In this document: in pieces, positions 56,586 to 64,000 of the stretch
How the letters are laid out: every line of letters begins with the position of its first letter
How positions within the stretch are numbered: position 1 is the first letter of the stretch
Source of the DNA: Pyrodictiaceae archaeon
GTDB taxonomy: Archaea; Thermoproteota; Thermoprotei_A; Sulfolobales; Pyrodictiaceae
DNA: 64,000 nt
Direction: 5' to 3'
NCBI GenBank assembly: GCA_027036135.1
Contig: JALVSY010000007.1
Coordinates: 324,880 to 388,879, forward strand
Program-made: the position numbers and the translations under genes
Notes under the pieces: model-generated
The model's database searches: none
Seen by the model: only the letters and a program-made list of their open reading frames with translations
What the model was told of the DNA's origin: nothing

Positions 56586-57725
56586 ATGGAGAAGGTATGT
56601 TTCATTGTTAATCCGTTGGCGGGGATAGGCGGGCCTCTAGGCCTTAAGGGTAGTGACGGGGAGGCTGGGCTTGAGGCTCTCCGGCGTGGAGCGAGACTAG
56701 TTGCTCCCAGTAGGGCTAGGGAGTTCATAGCTGAGGCTAAGAGAATAGGGGTACTGGATAAGGTTATAGTACTTACCGCTAATGGGTTAATGGGAGAGGA
56801 CGAGCTGAGGAGCGAGGGGTACCAGAGCCCAATCATAGTCTACAAGTATGAGACGTTCCCGACGAGGGTTGAGGATACAAAGAGGACTATTACTAAGTGT
56901 CTCAGAGAGGGGGCCGAGCTAATAGTATTTGTGGGCGGTGATGGAACTGCACGAGATGTTCTCTCTGCGCTAAAGCGAGCCGGGAGCACTGATACACCTC
57001 TGCTCGGGGTACCTGGAGGAGTAAAGATGTACAGCTCTGTATTCGCGGAGAACCCGAGAGCGGCTGCCCACGTTCTCCACGAATGGCTAGAGAACCCATC
57101 AACTTGTGAGGCGGAGATACTAGACATAGATGAAGAGGCATTTAGGCGTGGAGAGCTCCGCGTACGGCTCTATGGATACGCGCGCACTCCCTGTAGCAGG
57201 TTTCTCGTCGGCTCCTCTAAGCAACCAAGCCTTGGAACACCAGACGAGGAGGAAAACAAGGAAGGCATCGCCCGCTACGTAGTAGAGAACATGGAGCACT
57301 GTACTCTCTATGTGCTAGGGCCTGGCTCAACTACCGCAAAGATAGCTGAGCTAATGAAGGCTCCGAAGACGCTGCTAGGGGTTGATGTATACCATAATGG
57401 TAGGCTTGTTGCAAGCGATGTTGACGAGGAGACACTATACAATATTGTCAGCGATCATGTCAAGAGAGGCGGGAAAGTAAAGATAATTGTGTCGCCGATA
57501 GGTGGGCAGGGCTACATACTTGGACGGGGGAATCAGCAGATTTCTCCGCGTATAATCAGGCTAGTAGGGAAGGAGAACATAATAGTTATAGCAACTCATT
57601 CGAAAATAGCACGGCTTAAAAAGCTAAGAATAGACACTGGTGACCCTGAGCTAGACAAGGGTCTCCGAGGCTATATCCGCGTAGTAGTTGACTATGGCGA
57701 GGAATACGTCATGAAGATTGAGTAG
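56586..57725 (+). CDS. ATP-NAD kinase family protein
   Basis: NPLAGIGG..GLKGSDG, GGDGTARD, GVKMYS, GQGYILGRGNQQ. Confidence 0.9.
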   Translation: MEKVCFIVNPLAGIGGPLGLKGSDGEAGLEALRRGARLVAPSRAREFIAEAKRIGVLDKVIVLTANGLMGEDELRSEGYQSPIIVYKYETFPTRVEDTKRTITKCLREGAELIVFVGGDGTARDVLSALKRAGSTDTPLLGVPGGVKMYSSVFAENPRAAAHVLHEWLENPSTCEAEILDIDEEAFRRGELRVRLYGYARTPCSRFLVGSSKQPSLGTPDEEENKEGIARYVVENMEHCTLYVLGPGSTTAKIAELMKAPKTLLGVDVYHNGRLVASDVDEETLYNIVSDHVKRGGKVKIIVSPIGGQGYILGRGNQQISPRIIRLVGKENIIVIATHSKIARLKKLRIDTGDPELDKGLRGYIRVVVDYGEEYVMKIE

Positions 57726-57740
57726 GAGGGGATTTATCCC

Positions 57741-58337
57741 TTGTATACTCTCGGCAGAGAGGAAATAGAGCTACCCGAGCCTGCCTCCATAGCCGTAGCT
57801 GTTCTCGCAATTGCCTTCGGGTTCGAGGGAAAAGATCTAGTTAACATAGTGCATCACCCCCTCGGTATAGCTGGGGGAGTACTACTCGGCGCCATACTGG
57901 GTTTCATACTCCACGAGTACGCCCATAGATATGTAGCCGCCAAGGAGTCATGCTTTGCTAGGTTCACACTCTCCAAGACCGGGCTCTTGGTAACATTCTT
58001 CTCAGGGCTCTTAGTGAGCACAGGTATACCATTTGTAATACTAGCTCCAGGTTACGTCAAGATAGCGTTCTGCTGGGGTACTCCCCGCGAGGAAAACATA
58101 GCTATAGCTGGCCCTGCAACCAATATCGCTCTAGCCATAATTGCTGCCGCGTTAAGACCCGCCATACCAGGGTATAGTGGATTAATATCAGGCTTCGCCG
58201 GCATAAATGCCTGGTTCGCGCTCTTCAACCTTCTACCGTTCTACCCGCTGGACGGCTCAAAGATATTTAGAAGAAACCTAGCAGTCTGGATGATAATGAT
58301 ACTAGTTGCAGCATACCTAGCGGTTACAACCATATAG
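57741..58337 (+). CDS. peptidase M50 / site-2 protease family
   Basis: HEYAH, AGPATN, FNLLPFYPLDG. Confidence 0.9.
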   Translation: MYTLGREEIELPEPASIAVAVLAIAFGFEGKDLVNIVHHPLGIAGGVLLGAILGFILHEYAHRYVAAKESCFARFTLSKTGLLVTFFSGLLVSTGIPFVILAPGYVKIAFCWGTPREENIAIAGPATNIALAIIAAALRPAIPGYSGLISGFAGINAWFALFNLLPFYPLDGSKIFRRNLAVWMIMILVAAYLAVTTI

Positions 58338-58343
58338 CTTTTT

Positions 58344-59069
58344 CTAGTATAAAAGGGTATAGTATATTCGCTTCCTCCTCCTACCCCTGCTCTCAAGCTT
58401 AACTATCTTTATCCCAGGTATCTCGCATGTATTCCTGACATGTGGTCCTCCATCAGCCTGTATATCAACGCCGGGTATCTCAACTATTCGGAGCTTCTCA
58501 ACACTTGGTGGAAGCCTGTCAGCTAGCTTAACTATGCCAGGTATACGGAGAGCCTCTTCACGAGGAAGCCAGTAAATCTTGACCCTAATGCATCTCTGCA
58601 TGATGTTATTAGTCTCCTCAACAGCGTCACTGATAGCTTTCTTCCAATCACCTACATGTATCTCGAAGTCATCGCGGGCAACATCCGGTGAAATATGTCC
58701 GCCGGTGACGCGGGCACCATACTTATTGTAGAGCACTGCTGCTAGCACATGACTAGCTGTATGTAGTTGCATCATTCTATACCGACGATTCCAGTCAATA
58801 ACGCCGTGAACTCGTGTACCAGGCCCTATGGCCTCAACATCTCCCTCAACAACATGGGCTACATCATCGTTATCCATAACCGTGTCTACTACTCGTAGCT
58901 CAACCCCATTCTCTGCTATTAGCTTACCAGTATCCGCGTCAAGGCCCCCGCTCGGCCTAGGATGAAAAGCCGTAGCATCAAGGAAGACCTTGTTGCCCTC
59001 AATCCTTGTAACAACCGCGTCAAACTCACGCATATAGCTATCTTGTTGGAAGAGAAGCTTAGCAGGCAT
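58344..59069 (-). CDS. alaXM: alanyl-tRNA editing protein AlaX-M
   Basis: RYRMMQLHTASH, LRIVEI, QADGGPHV. Confidence 0.92.
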   Translation of the reverse strand: MPAKLLFQQDSYMREFDAVVTRIEGNKVFLDATAFHPRPSGGLDADTGKLIAENGVELRVVDTVMDNDDVAHVVEGDVEAIGPGTRVHGVIDWNRRYRMMQLHTASHVLAAVLYNKYGARVTGGHISPDVARDDFEIHVGDWKKAISDAVEETNNIMQRCIRVKIYWLPREEALRIPGIVKLADRLPPSVEKLRIVEIPGVDIQADGGPHVRNTCEIPGIKIVKLESRGRRRKRIYYTLLY

Positions 59070-59108
59070 TACCTAGGCCACCAAGTACTCTACTACGCTT
59101 TCACAGTC

Positions 59109-59966
59109 TTAAGCGATTATCCTAGCTATCTCGCTTTTCTCTAGCAACTCGCCGAGCTCCCGAGGAGAACTTGCGGGCGGGACATCCACGATGATATAAG
59201 CGCTATAACGTGCCACTGATAGCAAGCTACTTGACCTAATACTTCTATCTCCTAGCAATTCTATAGCTTGTCTCAGTTTCTCCCCGGTGAATACAAGGGC
59301 CTTACCCGGCGCAACTAGAATGAGGAAATCAACACTATTCTCGACTCCACTATAAGGCAACAAGGAATCAGAGAAAGACTCTATAATGACAATATCCTTC
59401 TTAGCGCTTATGCGCTCCCTGCATTCCTCGAGAAGCGTGGATGCCTCGCTAGAAGCCAGGAATCCTAGAAACGATTTAGCATCGGATCTTTCTGCTCTCA
59501 GTAACTTAGCTAGCTCTACTAGCTTTTGCCTAGCAGCGCTGGGAACCAAGGAGAGATTCTCAACAAACACATAGTGACGCGTATCTGCTTCGTTGGTACA
59601 CCTGGTTACTCGCGCCATTACAAGCGACTTTTCTAGGCTAGATACGGATAACAGGTACTCACTAAAACCATGAAGCACCAAGGGATCAGGATACGCTATC
59701 AATAAATCAATAGGGTTCACAAAGCCCAGATCATCCAATGTGCCAAGATACTCCTCGTACATGAGCACATCGTTCCCGAGCAATATTCCACGCTTCTTAG
59801 ACTCAATAATAGAGCCGAACTTGTTCCAGAAACTATGCCCCGCCACAGGCTTATACATACCAACACTGAGGCCACGCCGCTTAGCAACAAGACCCAAACT
59901 GATACTGAGCCAAGTCTTCCCGGAATCGTATTCGAGTACCCCACTAACAATCACTGTTAGTGCCAT
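59109..59966 (-). CDS. P-loop ATPase (COG4028-like)
   Basis: GVLEYDSGKT, YKPVAGHSFW, NPID, IIESF. Confidence 0.8.
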   Translation of the reverse strand: MALTVIVSGVLEYDSGKTWLSISLGLVAKRRGLSVGMYKPVAGHSFWNKFGSIIESKKRGILLGNDVLMYEEYLGTLDDLGFVNPIDLLIAYPDPLVLHGFSEYLLSVSSLEKSLVMARVTRCTNEADTRHYVFVENLSLVPSAARQKLVELAKLLRAERSDAKSFLGFLASSEASTLLEECRERISAKKDIVIIESFSDSLLPYSGVENSVDFLILVAPGKALVFTGEKLRQAIELLGDRSIRSSSLLSVARYSAYIIVDVPPASSPRELGELLEKSEIARIIA

Positions 59967-60046
59967 GAGGCCCCCACTTTACTGTATTACTTAGGGCTAA
60001 GCCACAAGCAGAAAAGATTAACTATAATCTAGTATGCGGGGACTGA

Positions 60047-60820
60047 ATGACCAAGAGGATAAGCATAGCCAGTAACACAGCCAGCTGGGACGAGGCATCA
60101 ATAGATACAATAGAGACCAATCAAGCAAAGAAGAATAAGCCGAGAAGCAAGCTAGTGGAAGCAATAGCGGTACTGTTGCTCGCTAGACCCATGCGTGCAT
60201 CGGAAATAGCACAGGTTGTTGGAAAGCCAACACGCTACATCAGTAGCTACCTTAGCTACTGGAAGACCAGAGGTCTCTTCGAGTACGATAATGGGTTCTG
60301 GATCCTAACTCCACAGGGAGAGGAATTTGCACGAAATATACTCGAACGAGAAATGAACTCGAGAGTTGCACAATACGCGGCCCTAGCAAGACAAATACTA
60401 GTTTCAACACAAGAAGAAAACATACACCAGGCAATAAACAGCAAAAAACAAGCACCACCCAGCCCTGTCTCAGGCCAGCTCCAGTCATTCATTGCTAGCT
60501 TTACCAACAATAGTGACAATAAACGGCAAAAGAAGCGTCCACGAAAACTCTGCGTAAGAGCGATAATAGAGGACCTAGAGCTCGAAGAGGACGAACGAAT
60601 AGTCATGGAAGCCCTAATGGAGCACTACCTAAAATGGAACATGACCTATACTTACCTAGACCAGCTTGAAAAACAACTAGAGGCAGATAGAACATGGCTA
60701 TTCATGGTGCTTAGAAGCCTACAAGCAAAAGGACTAATCTACATATACAATGATCGCAGACTCGGAACAAGAATAGGGCTATCAAAGAACACGAAGAAGT
60801 ACCTAGCACTCTGTAACTAG
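60047..60820 (+). CDS. whiP: winged-helix replication initiator WhiP
   Basis: RSKLVEAIAVLLLARPMRASEIA...YISSYLSYWKTRG...W.LT.QGE N-terminal wHTH, plus a second C-terminal wHTH (LQAKGLIYIY...RIGLS). Confidence 0.85.
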   Translation: MTKRISIASNTASWDEASIDTIETNQAKKNKPRSKLVEAIAVLLLARPMRASEIAQVVGKPTRYISSYLSYWKTRGLFEYDNGFWILTPQGEEFARNILEREMNSRVAQYAALARQILVSTQEENIHQAINSKKQAPPSPVSGQLQSFIASFTNNSDNKRQKKRPRKLCVRAIIEDLELEEDERIVMEALMEHYLKWNMTYTYLDQLEKQLEADRTWLFMVLRSLQAKGLIYIYNDRRLGTRIGLSKNTKKYLALCN

Positions 60821-61246
60821 TATACTCTACTCTCACAAATAACAAGTCAAAGAGGTATTCTTGTCACGGGAATACCTAAACAAAGATTCGAACGCCTCTC
60901 GCATCCATTGTTCGCATTAACATTATTCAAATTATCTCATCAGTATCCATTATACAGTTTATACAAACCGACAATAAATCCTATAATAAAGTGAGTGCCA
61001 AGACCTTGTTACAAAGCCTATAATGACTATACACTCATGAATACACCATAGCAATGAGAATCTTTGTCTATAGTTGTAGTAGATACTGCACTCTAGGCCA
61101 TGGAGACAGATAATTATGCAGCTCTAAGAATAATAGGGCAAAAGTCCTATTCCCAAGCCATGTGTTCACTACAATTCTATTTGTTTTAAATGCAGAGGAA
61201 TGATATAGTGAATTTGGCAGAGTGCCAGGGGAAGAGTCTATGTCTC
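60821..61246. other. putative WhiP-associated replication origin
   Basis: 426-nt AT-rich non-coding gap next to whiP with short direct and inverted repeats; the + strand switches from A/C-rich to G/T-rich across it. Confidence 0.65.
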
Positions 61247-61468
61247 TTAAAGACCAAAAGCTTTCCTCCTATTCCTTAGCTTGATTCTCCAGTATAGGTC
61301 ACGTGTTTTTGGCGATGATCTTGTTTCAAGGATTTTTCCCGTGCTTGTAATAAAGTATATTCTATCCCCGCGTATTTCTGCGTCAACTAGGTCTTCAAAA
61401 TGTGATAAATCGGATATAATGTTTTCCTTGTTTCGTGAAGAGTAGAAATCGAGTGATCTCTTATTCAA
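61247..61468 (-). CDS. hypothetical small protein
   Basis: 73-aa ORF with a TTG start after GAGGGACGGG. Confidence 0.55.
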   Translation of the reverse strand: MNKRSLDFYSSRNKENIISDLSHFEDLVDAEIRGDRIYFITSTGKILETRSSPKTRDLYWRIKLRNRRKAFGL

Positions 61469-61543
61469 GGGTGTTCCCGTCCCTCGTATATAGAATTAAT
61501 TTAATGTACTGGTTTATTTAAGCTTGATGCATATGAGTAGTAC

Positions 61544-61610
61544 GGGGGATGCGGAGGCCGATTTATCCTGACTAGGAGCATGTGATGAGTGGAGACCTCG
61601 CCGAAACCCT
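61544..61610 (+). ncRNA. C/D box sRNA
   Basis: Degenerate C ATGCGGA (61549), D' CTGA (61568), C' GTGATGA (61582), D CCGA (61601); GGG/CCC ends; TTTA(T)TTAA promoter-like element upstream. Confidence 0.65.
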
Positions 61611-61648
61611 TTTACTTCCATAAAATGAAAAGAGGTAGTGTGTTTGTG

Positions 61649-62425
61649 TTAGTATAGTTCCTCTAGTTTTTGTTTTATTATTTTTTCTGCCTCTTCTTTC
61701 TCTATTTTCTTGTATTTTAGCTCATTTGCTTTTTGCGCTATTAGTGAAGGCGATGCTATTAGTTTCTCGAGGTCTGTTTCAATGAGCGCCTCGGCTCTAT
61801 AGGCCTCTTTCCCATAGACTATTATGAATGTTGTCTTTGTTTTGTCTTCGCTAGGTGCTAGTATTGCTAAGCCAGTGTTCTCGCCCCTATCGTTCTTTAG
61901 GAGTGCGAGTCCCTCTCCGTTCTTAGTCTTTCCAACAACTAGAGCATCCGCTATCGTCACTGGCGGTGATAGTTCCTCTTCGCGCTTCAGGGCTGCTTCT
62001 CTCCGGGCTGCTACCTCTTTCTCAACTTCCCTTTCTTTTGCCTCTGTCCAGGCTCTTTCCTCCTCTGTTACTGGTCTAGCCAGTACCTCCTTTGCGGCCT
62101 CTATGACCTCTTTGACGGCCTTCTCTACTTCTTTGTCAGGTATTCTTCTGAATGCTTCTACTCTTAGTGTGTCGAGTTTCCACTCGATGTCCCCGTCCCT
62201 TAGCTCGTACTCTATCCTGACTCTTACAACGTCTCCCTTGTCCAGCTTTAGCTTGTTTACCAGTATCTCGAATAGGAGGCGGTTAAGCTCTCCCGCCCGG
62301 TACGCGACTTGTCTCGACTCTATCTTGCCTGACCTTATCTCATCCCTGAGCTGCGCGAAGAGTACTCTCCGAATCTTGTCCGCATATGCACCAGCTATTA
62401 CGAGGCCCGAGGAGAGCTGGGGCAT
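61649..62425 (-). CDS. DUF2258 protein (ThermoDBP-related protein, ssDNA-binding)
   Basis: LSSGLVIAGAYADKIRRVLFA...AGELNRLLFEILV...KGDVVRVRIEY. Confidence 0.88.
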   Translation of the reverse strand: MPQLSSGLVIAGAYADKIRRVLFAQLRDEIRSGKIESRQVAYRAGELNRLLFEILVNKLKLDKGDVVRVRIEYELRDGDIEWKLDTLRVEAFRRIPDKEVEKAVKEVIEAAKEVLARPVTEEERAWTEAKEREVEKEVAARREAALKREEELSPPVTIADALVVGKTKNGEGLALLKNDRGENTGLAILAPSEDKTKTTFIIVYGKEAYRAEALIETDLEKLIASPSLIAQKANELKYKKIEKEEAEKIIKQKLEELY

Positions 62426-62451
62426 AACTACCGCCGCTAAGGGAATTAGAT

Positions 62452-63732
62452 TTAGTAGAGGGTTAAATGTAGTCGGGCTACTGGGTTTTCTTTAGGAAAA
62501 TAGTCGAGTCTCTTCGTTTTCTCGTAGCTCTTTAGAATAGTGGATGATTGTAACGAGTCTAGGGCGGTTGCTGATTTAAAGAATCTTGATGCATATCTTA
62601 TCGCTTCCTCGAGGGATTGTGTCCTAAAGGGTTTCTGTGAGAGTGCTTTCCTGCTAGTTTCGCGTATATGCCAATTACCTACTGGTGCAAAGTATTCTCT
62701 CGTTATCTCTCTTATAATAATTGCTTTTGCCTGTCTTTTTCTACGGTAGAGATGCTCGGCTAGAGCTAGCCTAATAGCCATGTAGCCTCCATCGAGTGGG
62801 TTCATCTTTAGGCTATGGTACTCCCTTATACGATAAGCTACTGGTTCTAATGATTGCTTTGTCCATGGTGTTAGGGGATGCCAGATCTCGAAGAGTTCTG
62901 CCTCGAAGCCGCCCGGGAGCAGTATTATGGTGAAGTAGTTGCCGAGGTAAGATGCATGGTAGACCTCAATATCGTCTATGGATCTATATGTTCTTACTCT
63001 GTGCAGTAGCTTGCTCGATATTATTTGGTCAACAGCGGTTATGGCCCACCTTGTTGGTACGAGGCGGCGATTGCGTAGCCTGCCTAAAAGGCCCATTGAG
63101 AAAGCCCTCGTGATTAAATATGTGTCTAGCCCGCTACCATATAGTTCTAGGACCGCATCGGTGGCCGTAGCGTCGTCCCATATCAGTTTCTCTAGTCTTG
63201 GGTGCAGGGTTGGGTTCTCGCTTATTCTTAGATCCTTAGCGGGTGCTGAGGGCCCTTGTGGTGCTAGTAACCCATCGAAGCGAAGTGATGGTATAGGTGG
63301 TTTTTCGAGAACAGCCTCGCTATCAACAGGCTTGAGCGATGTCGCGGCCAACGATATTTCCTTCTCATACAGCTTCCAGGGATTTGATGCCTCTATGCGG
63401 GTTACCGCCCCAAGTAGCTGTGATCTTAGCTCTATGATCTCCCCCAAGGGTAGGTGGGCTTGGTGCCATCCGGGCGGGTTATCGTATATCTTAGCCTCCG
63501 CGCCGCTTATCCCGGGAGGTATCTGATAGATAACAGGGATTCTTGGATAATTCGCCTCACCCACTACTATGCTTGGTGGCGTGGAGCCGAGTACATCGCT
63601 AGGAGACGGTATACGCGACACAGCTTGTACTTGTGCACGGAAACGAGCAAGTATAGGGCAATAGGGCAATCCACATAACCGTTTGTAGCCCTTACAGCGC
63701 GCACATAGCTGCGGAGATATCCTCTTCGGCAC
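62452..63732 (-). CDS. nreA: Nre family DNA repair protein
   Basis: CARCKGYKRLCGLPYCP, GSTPPSIVVGE, RRLVPTRWAITAVD, PVGNWHIRE; PIP-like KRLDYF near the C-terminus. Confidence 0.92.
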   Translation of the reverse strand: MPKRISPQLCARCKGYKRLCGLPYCPILARFRAQVQAVSRIPSPSDVLGSTPPSIVVGEANYPRIPVIYQIPPGISGAEAKIYDNPPGWHQAHLPLGEIIELRSQLLGAVTRIEASNPWKLYEKEISLAATSLKPVDSEAVLEKPPIPSLRFDGLLAPQGPSAPAKDLRISENPTLHPRLEKLIWDDATATDAVLELYGSGLDTYLITRAFSMGLLGRLRNRRLVPTRWAITAVDQIISSKLLHRVRTYRSIDDIEVYHASYLGNYFTIILLPGGFEAELFEIWHPLTPWTKQSLEPVAYRIREYHSLKMNPLDGGYMAIRLALAEHLYRRKRQAKAIIIREITREYFAPVGNWHIRETSRKALSQKPFRTQSLEEAIRYASRFFKSATALDSLQSSTILKSYEKTKRLDYFPKENPVARLHLTLY

Positions 63733-63895
63733 TCCCTCTCCTCCCTTATAGCTGAGGGGTGTCTTAGCTTACCTTTCCGAATACTACTAAAGCTTTATTC
63801 TTCCTTCTTTAGGTTTATAGCATATCTCTGCCAAGTGATAAGTAGGTGTATAGAGACTTGGTTGTTGTGAATATGTCTAGGAGGAGGTTCCGAGG

Positions 63896-64000
63896 CTAGT
63901 ATAGTTTGAACCTGAGGACACCTACTAGTCCCTTGAATGTTCTCCTTATCCATTCTGCCTCCGGGTAGTCTCCGCTGAGTATGTAGACCTTTGTCCCGTA
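63896..64000 (-). CDS. prf1: peptide chain release factor aRF1, C-terminal end (runs off window)
   Basis: YGTKVYILSGDYPEAEWIRRTFKGLVGVLRFKLY* resembles the crenarchaeal aRF1 C-terminus; pelota is the alternative. Confidence 0.7.
   Translation of the reverse strand, partial: YGTKVYILSGDYPEAEWIRRTFKGLVGVLRFKLY

Noticed and set aside
61824-62495. 223-aa + strand ORF
   Set aside because: Ser-rich antisense shadow of the DUF2258 gene.
1-64000. CRISPR array, IS transposase, rRNA, inteins or tRNA intron
   Set aside because: No periodic repeat-spacer units, transposase motifs, rRNA-like sequence or oversized insertions in known proteins were seen.

Overview
Core-genome window from a hyperthermophilic crenarchaeon (Desulfurococcales, Pyrodictiaceae-like by gene content; taxon is inference). 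It is densely coding. Genes include Rqc2/NEMF, eS25, priL, nucS, a type IV pilus-like ATPase/membrane platform pair divergent from a 1118-aa surface protein, and a UPF0104/PigA-like GT4/deacetylase cassette. It also holds glcD, argS, cysS, herA-mre11-rad50 (no nurA), glnA, apgM, moaA, heme O synthase, argF, aglB, an ESCRT-III/CdvB paralogue, whiP, nre and the end of aRF1. RNA genes are tRNA-Arg(TCG) and at least six C/D-box sRNA candidates missed by the ORF track. The main accessory feature is a ~2.3 kb decayed element integrated in tRNA-Arg, carrying an intact vapBC pair and pseudogenes. Strongest signals: (1) a probable WhiP-associated replication origin at ~60.8-61.2 kb with an AC-to-GT strand-skew switch; (2) a second switch of the same polarity around an AT-rich double hairpin and the tRNA-Arg island at 21-24 kb; (3) a perfect 56-bp loopless palindrome at 13740-13795; (4) a structured, K-turn-like leader hiding the Shine-Dalgarno of the arginine/SAM decarboxylase; (5) a CUU-U +1 frameshifted gene. 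All calls were made by eye, without database searches.
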